Source: Ginkgo biloba
Taxonomy: Eukaryota > Plantae > Ginkgophyta
DNA length: 21,900 bases
Direction: 5' to 3'
Assembly (NCBI GenBank): GCA_024626585.2
Contig: JANKJI020000002.1
Span: forward strand, 160,719,290 to 160,741,189
In this document: positions 10,226 to 21,900 of the stretch, in pieces
Layout of the letters: each line of letters opens with the position of its first letter
Position numbering within the stretch: the stretch's first letter is position 1
Notes under the pieces: model-generated
Told to the model about the DNA's origin: nothing
The model's database searches: none
Seen by the model: only the letters and a program-made list of their open reading frames with translations
Made by a program: the position numbers and the translations under genes

Positions 10226-13200
10226 AAGTTTTAAAGTTAAAAAATATGTATATCACTCCCTTTGTATATAAATGATTCATCGTTTCACATGGTCGTAGGC
10301 TAAACCATGATGAGATCCCTTAGTATTATGTGTGATATATGATAGGGGAGTTTATATTGGGCCTAAATGTGGAGTATACATATTATGGTTCAAATTTTTA
10401 TGGATTTTTCAAAGGCCACATATAATATCATCAAAATTCACCTTGGAGGGTTAATCATCCACAACCTCATCCACCCATTATTCTATAATCTAGTCATGGA
10501 ATACCTTGAGGTAGTGGATCAAGTTTCTAAGAATTTTATAAGGGTTTTACTAACCCTTCATGGAGATATATAGTATACATTAGATCACAACATCATGTTA
10601 GTTTCTAGTTAGAATCCATCCTTAGAACCATCCCATAGTAGAGGAGGCATAATTGATAGTAGACCTTCTTATGGTGGTGTATCATATTTTCCATGATATG
10701 TGACTGATGACAAGTTATAACATATGGGTTTATAGAAAAAGTGTGGTATCTATAGGGAGTGTAGAGAATATTTATATGGAATATATGTATCTTTTGGGGA
10801 TTCAAATCATCCAATGGATTATGTTGATTCTACATATGATGATGATAATATCCAATCATTGNNNNNNNNNNNNNNNNNNNNNNNNNNNNNNNNNNNNNNN
10901 NNNNNNNNNNNNNNNNNNNNNNNNNNNNNNNNNNNNNNNNNNNNNNNNNNNNNNNNNNNNNGGCAATGGAGATGAAACTTGGAGTTCTTGACATCTAAAT
11001 GATTGTAGGTTGGTGGTTGGCTAACAAACAGTATTTGAGACTACTTTCAACACTTCATTTATTTTTTGATGTAGTGATCCCATTATATCAATGAATTGAT
11101 TAGTCCCTTCTTTGTGTAGGATAGCTATAATCTTGACATTTATTTTGTAGTGTCTCTTTGAAAGTAGTTAGATTATCCTTTGGATTCCCTAATGTCTATT
11201 GCAAAAATCTTCTCATTATTGAAGGGGGAGTATTGTTTCTTTGGTCGAAAACCCCATCACATATTGAAGTTCTTGATCATGTTGATTTAGGTACCATGAT
11301 CATTTACTAGCTTATGCTCTAGGACGAGAAAATATATACCTTTTGTTGTTTTGCTAAGGGAGGGGCCATCCTTTTTATAATTCTACCAATCTTCTTCAAA
11401 TATGATTATTTTTCCATTGTTTGGGAGACCCATGAGTCAACTAATTTCCTCAACAGTGATGGGGACATCTAAAAAAAAAAAAAAAAATTCATTGGAATAG
11501 GTGCACAACAATTCACACACAAAGCTTAGGTGAGATTGAAATACTTGAAGCTCCATCATGTTTGCAATCCTAGACGCATGGACTAGAGTGTTGTTATTCA
11601 TAAGAGTCAATGTGGATTATTTTACAGGTGGTCTAGTTCGGTGCTTAGAGTCATACCCAATAAGATAATCTTTTCAACCTTATAGATATTTAATATTTTC
11701 CTCAAAACACTTCTACCTTAGAGATAGTCTTTGCTTTCACCATTTTGCTAAGATAATTAAATGAATCATAGAAAGTTGGATAGATGAAGGGAGGGGGAGG
11801 GTCCGATAAATGAGAAAAGTTCAAAGATGGTTAAGATAAGAAAAGTTCAAGGATTCAAATTCACAAAAATATTAAATGAATTGACTCAAAGGACAAGATG
11901 TAATTTAAAGTTTAAAAGACTAGAAAACTCAAAGAGTAGAATTACCCAACTACTAATATTACCTGGCGTATAAGAACAATAAAACACATAAGGCTAGTAC
12001 AATGTCAATAACTCTAAAGAATACAAGATTATTTGTTATGGTGTAAAATAACATCTTTGAGAACTCTATTTCCTAGGGGAAACAAACATAATATTGTGCA
12101 CCTTAGACTCAATCATATTTGAAAATTATTTTATTAAAAGTCTAAGTTCAACCTCTCTTTTGATCATAAACTACTTTTAGTGAAACAAACATCCACCTTA
12201 AAAAATGAATACATGTGAACATTTTTAATTAAAAAAATACTCTTAAGTGCCACATGTCAAAATTCTCCTTCATATCAATTTGAGTGTTGCATAAGACACT
12301 TGTCACAACTTTTCAATTAGGATTTACATGATGCACTTGTCTAAAATACACAAAGCTTAAAAAGTGGAGAAGAACTATAAATACCCCTAATATTAAGAGG
12401 ACTCGCTCTTACTCTCATGGAAGCACATCAATCTTTTGATCTTCCTCCATTTTCATTGTGTTAAATATAACCTTATCCATAACCTTAGTTATATGAGATT
12501 TATCCTTTTCCTTTGAGTTTTGTTGCTTCTCATTCAAGCCTTGTTGAAGAATCCAAGCTAAGGAGAGATCGAGAACCATGCATGTAGGGGCCATCATATT
12601 CAACCTCCATTGGACACTATTTATCCCATTCTTTTCACTAGAAAAGCTTGGTTATTTGCTTCCATTCTCTTCTTTTCTTTTATGTTTCAATTGTTTAGAC
12701 TAGTTTTCCATTGGGCATTTAGGCAATGTTGAATTATATCAAGCAATAATACCTTATTAGTTAGTTAATGTGATCTTGTTTTTCTTGCTTAATTAGTTCT
12801 CACACCTTAGGAACAAGGAATGGGTCTTTTTCACCAAATAGAGGGGAGGTATGTCAAATACTAAGGTGAAATTGAATTTATTTTGTGGGTTCTTCTTCAT
12901 AACCTATGACTTTTTTGAGTTTGTATACAATTTTTTTTTTTTTTTCTCAACTTCNNNNNNNNNNNNNNNNNNNNNNNNNNNNNNNNNNNNNNNNNNNNNN
13001 NNNNNNNNNNNNNNNNNNNNNNNNNNNNNNNNNNNNNNNNNNNNNNNNNNNNNNNNNNNNNNNNNNNNNNNNNNNNNNNNNNNNNNNNNNNNNNNNNNNN
13101 NNNNNNNNNNNNNNNNNNNNNNNNNNNNNNNNNNNNNNNNNNNNNNNNNNNNNNNNNNNNNNNNNNNNNNNNNNNNNNNNNNNNNNNNNNNNNNNNNNNN

Positions 13201-14696
13201 NNNNNNNNNNNNNNNNNNNNNNNNNNNNNNNNNNNNNNNNNNNNNNNNNNNNNNNNNNNNNNNNNNNNNNNNNNNNNNNNNNNNNNNNNNNNNNNNNNNN
13301 NNNNNNNNNNNNNNNNNNNNNNNNNNNNNNNNNNNNNNNNNNNNNNNNNNNNNNNNNNNNNNNNNNNNNNNNNNNNNNNNNNNNNNNNNNNNNNNNNNNN
13401 NNNNNNNNNNNNNNNNNNNNNNNNNNNNNNNNNNNNNNNNNNNNNNNNNNNNNNNNNNNNNNNNNNNNNNNNNNNNNNNNNNNNNNNNNNNNNNNNNNNN
13501 NNNNNNNNNNNNNNNNNNNNNNNNNNNNNNNNNNNNNNNNNNNNNNNNNNNNNNNNNNNNNNNNNNNNNNNNNNNNNNNNNNNNNNNNNNNNTTAGGTAC
13601 ACCAACAACATTGTGTATGGGACGATGCTTAAATTATCCCATTCACTAAACCTATTCAAAATATAGAAATTGTAGGCTAAAGTAAGATTCAATGGGAGAA
13701 TTTTAATGGGTTATTATTTTACAGTTTAAGAGGAGGAGATCCATATTATACAACTTTGTTTTGGAAGATAACTATGGAGTATCTTGCTGCTCTTTGGAAA
13801 GCACCCATCTTTAACCACTAGGGTTGGTAATCCTACGATAGTGGTCATTAACATATTCCAACCAACCTTGGTCTGTAGTATGGTATCCTAGATTATAGAT
13901 TGCTTACTTTATTAGAATAACCAACTAATCTTCTACCCTAAGAGTGTGTTAAAGTTGAGCACCAAACCTCTCATGGGTCCCTTTGTATGACTTGCACTTA
14001 ACCACCATAAACACTATTTGAAAGGTGCNNNNNNNNNNNNNTGAAAAAATAAAATAAAACACCCTTTAACACAAGTAATGAACACACCAACATCAACCCC
14101 CTATCACATGAGACCAAACATGCTCTAAGGAATTTCCCCAGAAGCACCTACACCATCTGCAAGCTTATTTTAACAACACAACCTAGATCCATTTTTGAAT
14201 GAGCCTAATTCAAACTTAGACTTCTTAGAACCTATTAATATCAAAATTGGAGGAGAGGAANNNNNNNNNNNNNNNNNNNNNNNNNNNNNNNNNNNNNNNN
14301 NNNNNNNTTGCATTACAACCCCTTATAATCCCATAACTTAGAGTTATATAAACCATAGTTGTCCACTCAAATCAAGCTATGATATCCTGCCACATTTCCT
14401 ACATTATTATTATAACATCTTAAGTGAATCAAAGCACCATGCACATCTACCCAACCATGAATATGCTAGGTCCTTCCTCCTCACATATGCCAATTTTAGG
14501 TCAACACCATGGGAATAATCCAACATGCAATACATGTCAAACAACAAAATAAAACTCACATGTGCCTTCATAATTATAAACATCATTTCTTTCCTAATTT
14601 TATTCCCTTAGAAGGGTAGCATCCATATCCTTTGTAAATGATCTTATTGTCCATGAGGCTCTTCAGCCTATCCTTCCTCAAATTCTCCTTTATTTG

Positions 14697-16560
14697 ATGC
14701 CTAGGTTCTTAAGACACAAGAATGAAAACCCCCAACACCAACTCATCTAATATTGTATGTGATGTAATGTTAATGGATTTCATGACTCAATTAGGCTATG
14801 GTTATTCAAATGATTCTTAATGAAGGATGAAACCAAATGGTTTATATCTCTTCACAAATCCTCCACCACTATTTTAAAGCAACTAAGAGACCCTTTTCTT
14901 TAACAATTTGAGATCTATGTCCCATACACAAATAGAGTGAAACTTTTAATTTCCATGCCCCAACACCCATCTACATCCATTGTAACACATGGAAAGAGGT
15001 AGAACGTTACAAGGAGTAAATGTATAATTATTTTTATGATAGATGTTAAAATGTGGTTCTTTAAAAGCCTTAATCTTAGGTATAATTTTGAGGTTATACA
15101 AGAACTCCCTCATGACAAAGAGTATAACATCTATAAAGAATTTAAACTTGAAATATACCTTTACAATTAGGATGTGGTCTTATCCCAAAATAATCTAGAT
15201 AAACCTAAACACATGTTATCTATATCATATGACCCAAAGCTAGTTAATGATGGAGTCATAGGTCGCCTCGATATCCAATTGCTTAACATGGACACACGCG
15301 TTTGTCCCTCTATATTGCACACAATAAATATGGAGGACCATATGACTACAAGATAAACTCTTAATCCCTATATGTCACACTTACTTAAGACGATGTGTAA
15401 ACCTAAAATCAAAGGAGGAACACCAATAACAATAGTAGAGGGAACAATATAAATTCAAATAACAATTATAAGTAAGGAAATTATAATGGTGGTAATAATA
15501 ATTATAACCATAATGATAATGGTGAAAACATTCATTGTGAAAAAAAAATAATAATGACCAAAATAATTATAATAGGAGGAATAACAACCAAAGGGAGAAT
15601 AATAACAATGACAACAAGAACAATAACAACAATAAAGAGGCCAAAATATAACCATCATGGGAATATTTAAATCCATAAAATTGACCAAAATTAAGGTTAG
15701 GATTACAACCATAACCACACTAAATAGTGTATATGGTGTGCTCAAAACACAAATGATACTCACGAATGTAAGAAATTAAAACATGCTCAGGAGTTCTTTG
15801 AGGATCTTGGAAATTACACACATGTACCTAAGGATTATGCATTTACTTCTCTAAGATAAATTTAGTTGCTACAACAAATCTTAACCACCATTGTACTACC
15901 CTGAGTGCAAAATATCACATAACATAATGCTACAATTACAATGACCATCCTATACATAAGGAGCTTTCAACACTCAACCTTCTCTACATGCTAATGGAAC
16001 TAATATTTAAGACTTTATTCCATCACCCAAAACATAATATTCCCTTTCTTATCGTCCACCCCTAAATGGAGGAGGGTTTGAAATTATGGCCTTGCACACA
16101 ACCTTAGAGGTATATGTGACTATGATATCTATGGCATAAATAAAGGCCCAAATCATCTTATAACCCTCAATCGATGCAAAATAATTTTGGTACCACCTTA
16201 ATAATTCCTTGGTTTGAACACTTGTTCAAACAATAAGGAGGAAGGCCCTAGACCATCAATTGCATGCCACTTTAGATTATGACATAGTTGAAAACTTAGT
16301 AATGCTCCCATAACTATTTTATGCTTGCAAATCATATAAGCTTGCTTGAGTAAAGAGCCAAATTCTCATAATCTCTTGGGATGGAAGGAATCCCTTTAGA
16401 TTATTTAATTATTTTTTATCCCACCACCTTACAATCCAATTCAAATCCAAGACCCACACCCTTCAAGGTGTATGCATTTATCCATAACAAACAAGTGCAG
16501 AGATGTATATCATATATTAGTTATAACAACATAATTGAAGGCCTTGCTAGGAAACTTAAC
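14697..16560 (+). mobile_element. Decayed Ty3/gypsy LTR retrotransposon: gag, zinc knuckle and protease region
   Basis: One frame from 14697 reads MPRFLRHKNENPQHQLI*YCM*CNVNGFHDSIRLWLFK*FLMKDETKWFISLHKSSTTILKQLRDPFL*QF, matching the Retrotrans_gag pattern PKF.G...EDP..HL...C...IRLRLF...A..WF.SL...SI.TW.QL...FL..F. Also WFFKSL (~15050), knuckle CIWCAQNTNDTHEC (15728-15769, His to Asn), DYDIVENL (~16275) and PFKVYAFIHNKQVQRCI before a missing D.GAS protease core. Confidence 0.85.
15420..15650 (+). repeat. AAT/AAC-rich low-complexity tract (Asn/Gly/Arg-rich gag linker)
   Basis: For example aataataacaatgacaacaagaacaataacaacaataaa, lying between the gag core and the zinc knuckle. Confidence 0.7.
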
Positions 16561-16682
16561 TTCATTTTCATTTTCATGGAAATATTTCTAAGAATTGACA
16601 TCCATATTCATTTTTTCTTGGATTTCCTCACACCATTCTTCTTACCACCTTTAATAAAACCCATAAGAACTTATTAGAGATG

Positions 16683-17877
16683 TGTGAACCCCAATTTTTC
16701 TAGAACCCATAAGAACTTAAGGGAATTATTTCTTAATTTTTCCCTCTTTACAATTGATTAAAAAATAAAGAAGGGAATCATCATTTCACTTGTTTATAAA
16801 CCCATTTTCATAGTCATTTATTTGGGTTTACATCATAGGGTATTTGGATATTATCTATATAGGCATCATAGTAGCATTCANNNNNNNNNNNNNNNNNNNN
16901 NNNNNNNNNNNNNNNNNNNNNNNNNNNNNNNNNNNNNNNNNNNNNNNNNNNNNNNNNNNNNNNNACTATTCAATCACTTCACACCTATATGCAAACCTTA
17001 ACATCTTTACAAGTTAATTCATCTTCTAATTATGACCCTTTTGGGGGGAATTTATAGGTGTAATAGAAACAGGCCATCATGATCATATTTAGACTTTAAT
17101 CACATCACAAGGACCATGTATTCAACTTAAATTTTTATTTGGATTATGTTTCCTATCATTGTATATTTTAAATTAGATCTAATAATGGTTTTTAAAGAGC
17201 CATCACTTTATGTTTTATCATTACATCACTTCCTAAAAAGGTACATTATTGAGGAATTTTATGCATTACAATACTATAAAAGAACTTTTCATTTTAGTAT
17301 CTTCTTATTTCATTTGATACGATATGGGTAGGGGCATCCTGCATTATATTTTTTCTCCGTGTAGTAGTTTCAGTCATCTTTTCTAACATTTGATCATTGA
17401 GTTTCACATCTCATTAATGATTAGATGTTATCAATTTATGTGTTTGGGTGATTAATTCATGGTTGATACCACTTGAATTCATGCTTGATTTGCATCCCAT
17501 AGTATATTTTTTTATGTATATATATCATTTAATGTGTTTTCTTGATGAGATATCATAGCACTAGTTCATTATAAAGTTCATGGAAGGGAACTTCATTCCA
17601 TAATGCCTTTTGGTCCTTTATTTGGCATATCATTATCATCAATAGTGCTTCATATTTAGGGATAGCTATATTTAGAATAAAATATATACTATATGGCATT
17701 GTCACCTTCATACGACATTCTCATTTTTATATATTTCAATATATATAACTATATCATGTCTATAATGATGGGACTTGGCCATATCCATGTAGCCATATAT
17801 ATTTTATTCCATTTATTTACATGATTTTGGGACCTACCTAATACCATATTTTAAATTTTAAAAAGTATGGGTTAACA
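16683..17877. mobile_element. Candidate LTR of ~1.2 kb truncating the gypsy protease region
   Basis: Starts TGTGAACCC and ends GGGTTAACA (8/9 inverted match, TG...CA). It is non-coding. The flanks agatg and ttttt do not form a target-site duplication. Confidence 0.3.
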
Positions 17878-18226
17878 TTTTTCATGAGTATTTTTTTTCA
17901 AATGAGGTGCAATGCTTTTGGATGGCATAACTCCCTTTTTCCTTTCTCCACTCCTTTCTCTTGAGTGGTCTTAACATCAGCATCAATATCAATATCGTTA
18001 ACAACATCCACTATAGTTCATCATTAAAGTGATTTGTTATTCATTTTTGGGTATAACATATATAATAAATATCATTTTATATGGATGGATGTTCATTGCT
18101 GATAGTTCCTTTGTAGAAAAGGATCTNNNNNNNNNNNNNNNNNNNNNNNNNNNNNNNNNNNNNNNNNNNNNNNNNNNNNNNNNNNNNNNNNNNNNNNNNN
18201 NNNNNNNNNNNNNNNNNNNNNNNNNN

Positions 18227-19324
18227 ACTCCCCATTATCTTTTTTTATTCTCCCAATGAAATTTGTGTGGGTTTTCTAAACTGTAGCTTTATGAAAGAAT
18301 GAAGTGTTTTTATTACCTATTGAAAGCCACAACATCCTAGACTTTAATCTCCACAACTTCTCTTCTTTTTGTAGAAAGGCATCCAATTCCTTAATTGCTT
18401 CGAACTCTCTTCTTGCGAGCTTTGGAGTTAGCCCTACTATGTTAATTTCCTCTTGGATGAGGTTTAACTTTGATTTTGTCAACTTTTTTGCCTCTTGAAA
18501 TTTGCCTATCCAATTCCTTGATCTTAGATTTGAGAAAGGATAGCTTCTTAACAAATTTGAACATCACTGAACCAGAGACAGGCTGTCCTTATTCCCACCA
18601 TCTTCAGACATTAGGGAGGAAATCTTTTTCTTGGATCAACATAGGATANNNNNNNNNNNNNNNATTTATAGGGCACTTTATATTTCTTGGTCAAAGAAAA
18701 TAGCTCCACACTCATTGGTCTGTGATCAAAGACCCCATTATGTAGAATCTTAGAGATCACTCCTCGATGCAAGGAAATACAGGTATCTGTCAAGGTGCTT
18801 TGCCACATACCCTGATCCACTTCTCCTATTTGACCACGTGAAGGAGCCCAAACTCAACGTGACGTCTAATAGCTTAAAGTCTTGCATCCCTGTTAAACAA
18901 TGATCTAAACTTGGGGAAGCAATCCAAAGGTTTCCTCTTTTCTTCTCTCTAGAAAAGGTAAGATTCTAGTCTCCTCCTACAATCCACTTTATTGGCATCA
19001 TCAATTTAGCAGTGTCCCAAAATCTACTCCAAACTGAATCTTTCTCTTTGCCAATACACAACCCATAGACATTGGTTACCCAAAAGATTTCTCCCTCAAC
19101 TGATCCTTTCATTCTATAGGTTATCTAATTCTTATTCTGATATACCACAACACCTTCAAAAAGTTTAGACTTCCAAAGGATAGCTTAGCCTCCCGTTGAT
19201 CCTTCAGAGCCCACTACCTGCGATTTGTAAGCTGAAAAATTTCTTTTGATTACGTTCTCCATTTTATTACTGTTGAGTTTCATTTCTTGAATAAATAAAA
19301 TGTCTAGTTTTTCGTCATTATCAA
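18227..19324 (-). pseudogene. LINE ORF2 APE-type endonuclease domain and linker, disrupted
   Basis: DILFIQEMK, GSTGG*AILW, VTNVYG, WIVGGD*N, EEKRG, FTWSNRR, LDRYL, FDHRP (normally SDH.P), PYK(F....L), and EEKLWRLKSRMLWLSIGNKNTSFFHK (compare W.QKSR..WL..GD.NT.FFH). Confidence 0.93.
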
Positions 19325-19944
19325 NNNNNNNNNNNNNNNNNNNNNNNNNNNNNNNNNNNNNNNNNNNNNNNNNNNNNNNNNNNNNNNNNNNNNNNNNNNN
19401 NNNNNNNNNNNNNNNNNNNNNNNNNNNNNNNNNNNNNNNNNNNNNNNNNNNNNNNNNNNNNNNNNNNNNNNNNNNNNNNNNNNNNNNNNNNNNNNNNNNN
19501 NNNNNNNNNNNNNNNNNNNNNNNNNNNNNNNNNNNNNNNNNNNNNNNNNNNNNNNNNNNNNNNNNNNNNNNNNNNNNNNNNNNNNNNNNNNNNNNNNNNN
19601 NNNNNNNNNNNNNNNNNNNNNNNNNNNNNNNNNNNNNNNNNNNNNNNNNNNNNNNNNNNNNNNNNNNNNNNNNNNNNNNNNNNNNNNNNNNNNNNNNNNN
19701 NNNNNNNNNNNNNNNNNNNNNNNNNNNNNNNNNNNNNNNNNNNNNNNNNNNNNNNNNNNNNNNNNNNNNNNNNNNNNNNNNNNNNNNNNNNNNNNNNNNN
19801 NNNNNNNNNNNNNNNNNNNNNNNNNNNNNNNNNNNNNNNNNNNNNNNNNNNNNNNNNNNNNNNNNNNNNNNNNNNNNNNNNNNNNNNNNNNNNNNNNNNN
19901 NNNNNNNNNNNNNNNNNNNNNNNNNNNNNNNNNNNNNNNNNNNN

Positions 19945-21852
19945 TGTCCGCTCCCCAGATTCCAAACAGAGGATCTTTCCTCGTTTTCTTCCACTGGTAG
20001 ATGCAGGAGATATGCCGTCCGTCCCTTCTAATGGTTCAAGACACAACGGGCCAGAACAGAGCGTGTTCTTAATTAAAGGAGGATTAAGAGAATAGGGGCC
20101 TTCAACAGTTTGATCCTTTGTGATAAAACTACGATTAGGAAGAGTAGAAGGGTGCTTCAAATTGTAGCTTACCTGGAGAAATAATTGTAGATCCAAGATT
20201 GTTTATTCGAGACACATAGGAGTCGCCGTTGTTCTGGACCCTAGATCAGGTCTGGGGGATTCGTTCTCACAACCAGTCATCATTTCCAGTTGCTGAACAT
20301 TCTCCGTGGAGATCTTCCTGTTATCTTGGATCGATTTAGTTGGCTCAACTTCCATCGCTTCCTCATGCCTGATCGAAAGGATCGAAGGAGATTGAGAGTT
20401 CTCTATCATGGTCACTTGTTCCTGATTAGATACCTACTTTGATTCCTTCTGCGGATCATCCAAGCCTTTCCCCTTAGAGTCGGTAATTGTTGCTTTCTCC
20501 TGCATTTTTTCATCAGGAGGGAACTTCGCGGAGATTGAATCTAACAATGCCTGATCTGCTTCATGCATGCATGTGTCTTCTGCTTCATTCAGGGACTTCT
20601 CCTGTTCCATTAAGGCCTCAAAGGAGTTTCTCGAGGAAATGGGATTCGGATTTGAAGTCTGTCCACTGGAAACTCTCGATCTGCGTCTTTTTGTCACCTC
20701 CACCCATTGTTTTGCAGCAGAATTCAGAGTCTGTTGTTGAGGCAAACTGACCTTTTGTAGATTGGAATCCTCTATACCTTCGTATTCCATTTGACTGGGA
20801 GGGCTATGAACTTATTCTATTTCCAGGGACGGAATCAATACGTTAGGTTGAGTTTGGAATTTCTCTACTTCAGAGCTGGGTTGTGTTTGAATTTCTCTTT
20901 CTTTGACTCGCATAAGGAGGGAGTGAATTATGCGGCCTTCAATTTACAGCGCGTGGCACCGTGTAGTTGGCTCAATGTCTCTCGTACAATTGACTCAATG
21001 TTCCATCAAGGGACATTGAGCCAACCGCACGGTGTCGCGTGCTGTAAGTTGAAGGGCACATAGAAAGGGCGCTGGCAGAAGTGGGCATAAATGAGTCGGG
21101 TGACCATATTTTCTGNNNNNNNNNNNNNNNNNNNNNNNNNNNNNNNNNNNNNNNNNNNNNNNNNNAATAAATTTATACTCACCTACAATTAATTCCACAT
21201 CCTTGGGAAGGCTCTTAGAAGTGTTACTTTTCACATTGATTCGAGCATATTACAAATTCACCAATACAATTTCTGATCAAATCGAAAGTATTCTGATTCC
21301 ACAAATGGAGAGGTAGAAATGGCAATCTGACCCACACTGGACCCATACTAGAATTTCATTGGAATTTCACTTTGAGGATCAAATTCAAGGTACCATAAGT
21401 AAAGACTCAATCCCTTATCTCCCATAAAGCATGGGCCTTTCTCTAGGATTCGAGGCTTCTCCTCTATCGAAGCAAAGATTACCACAAAGTATCCCTTTCC
21501 AGAAGAACTCCAAAAGGCCATGCACCACTTTTACCCATGTGGAGTTTATACACTGCTTAAAACTAGCTGGGAATGGCTAGAGACCATTGACTCTGCTTAT
21601 GAGTCCGAGCTTTTGGAGTTGATCTTTCTCTATCAACAAGAACCTCTCATCTATTTTGATTTGAGATCTCCCATCCCTTCTTTTGATGATAGAAGAGTTA
21701 TCAGCGAATTTTGGGAGGGATGGGACAAAGTTCTTTTGCATCCCTCGCCCACTGAACGGATCTACCACCATGTTGTAAGATTTTCTGGAGGCCCGTTGAG
21801 AATCTCCACCATATGGTGGATCTTCCTTCACAGAACTATCTCCTTGCTCCAT
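19945..21852 (-). pseudogene. LINE ORF1 (DUF4283/RRM-like region, CX2CX4HX4C knuckle, disordered tail), disrupted
   Basis: ATG at 21852 (MEQGD...). Motifs KGYFVVIFAS.EEK.RILEKGPCFMG.KGLSL..W..EFDP, GPVWVRLPFLPLHLWNQNTFDLIRNCIGEF, YARINV...SKSLPKDVEL.VG, RKYGHPTHLCP, WVEVTKRRR and SRNSFEAL. Contains stops and frameshifts. Confidence 0.9.
20929..21062. repeat. Long inverted repeat with 54-bp arms, candidate foldback/MITE-like insertion in LINE ORF1
   Basis: 20929-20982 pairs with 21009-21062. As + strand RNA this gives 45 Watson-Crick pairs, 6 G-U and 3 mismatches, paired by hand. TA occurs at both ends. Confidence 0.92.
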
Positions 21853-21900
21853 CTTGCCTTCTTCATTATATTATATTATAAGTAGTCGTTTACCCGTGGC

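Larger units (their letters stand above)
4698..21165. other. Twelve N-runs: 4698-5185, 7535-7905, 8973-9057, 10862-10961, 12955-13592, 14029-14041, 14261-14307, 16881-16964, 18127-18226, 18649-18663, 19325-19944, 21116-21165
   Basis: Directly visible. They create all the long X-containing ORFs in the supplied track. Confidence 0.98.
18227..21900 (-). mobile_element. L1-clade LINE (non-LTR retrotransposon), decayed; 5' half visible, RT not visible
   Basis: ORF1 and ORF2 endonuclease motifs are collinear on the - strand. Homology ends at the 100-N gap at 18127-18226. Confidence 0.93.

Noticed and set aside
12376-12389. CTATAAATACCCC, an LTR-type TATA box
   Set aside because: No LTR boundaries, PBS or polypurine tract could be tied to it.
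15455-15763. Hydrophobic Cys/Tyr/Ile-rich minus-strand ORF resembling a membrane peptide
   Set aside because: It is the antisense reading of the AAT/AAC-rich gag linker.
4657-20196. Long ORFs containing X runs (for example 4657-5286, 7414-8028, 12851-13666, 19300-20031)
   Set aside because: They are open only because N-runs contain no stop codons.
20914-20925. GGAGGGAGT resembling a Stowaway TIR end next to the hairpin
   Set aside because: It is followed by G rather than A, has no partner CTCCCTCC terminus nearby, and reads in frame as LINE ORF1 codons.
21013-21033. miR171-like ATTGAGCC in the hairpin arm
   Set aside because: Only 8 nt match mature miR171 (UGAUUGAGCCGUGCCAAUAUC). The rest is unrelated, so it is not called MIR171.
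21520-21885. 121-aa + strand ORF and other + strand ORFs at 20487-21063
   Set aside because: They are antisense to LINE ORF1 and have no recognisable motifs.
1-21900. CRISPR arrays, operons or prokaryotic defence systems
   Set aside because: The DNA is spliced plant sequence with no regularly spaced repeat-spacer array and no intact prokaryote-like ORFs.

Overview
Eukaryotic land-plant genomic DNA from a gappy draft assembly with 12 N-runs. It is AT-rich and CpG-depleted, and the old retroelement relics suggest a large, probably gymnosperm-type genome (inference). The window starts inside a + strand symplekin gene. Its last three coding exons (1230-1313, 1426-1529, 1638-1779) splice by GT-AG into an intact C-terminus, followed by a UGUA-rich 3' UTR with AATAAA. 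The rest is intergenic transposon debris: a CpG-rich promoter-like patch with a tRNA-like A/B-box relic (about 3.55-4.39 kb), a doubtful hAT remnant, an LTR end with a tRNA-iMet primer-binding site (8.33 kb), a decayed Ty3/gypsy gag-zinc knuckle-protease region (+, 14.7-16.6 kb), and a decayed L1-clade LINE on the - strand (18.2-21.85 kb; ORF1 and APE endonuclease visible, RT not visible). The most unusual structure is a 134-bp TA-bounded, CpG-rich near-palindrome with 54-bp arms inside LINE ORF1. Its apparent loop is a 23-bp tandem copy of the inner arm, which allows two mutually exclusive folds. I see no convincing new multi-gene system. Most entries in the supplied ORF track are artefacts of N-runs or antisense frames.
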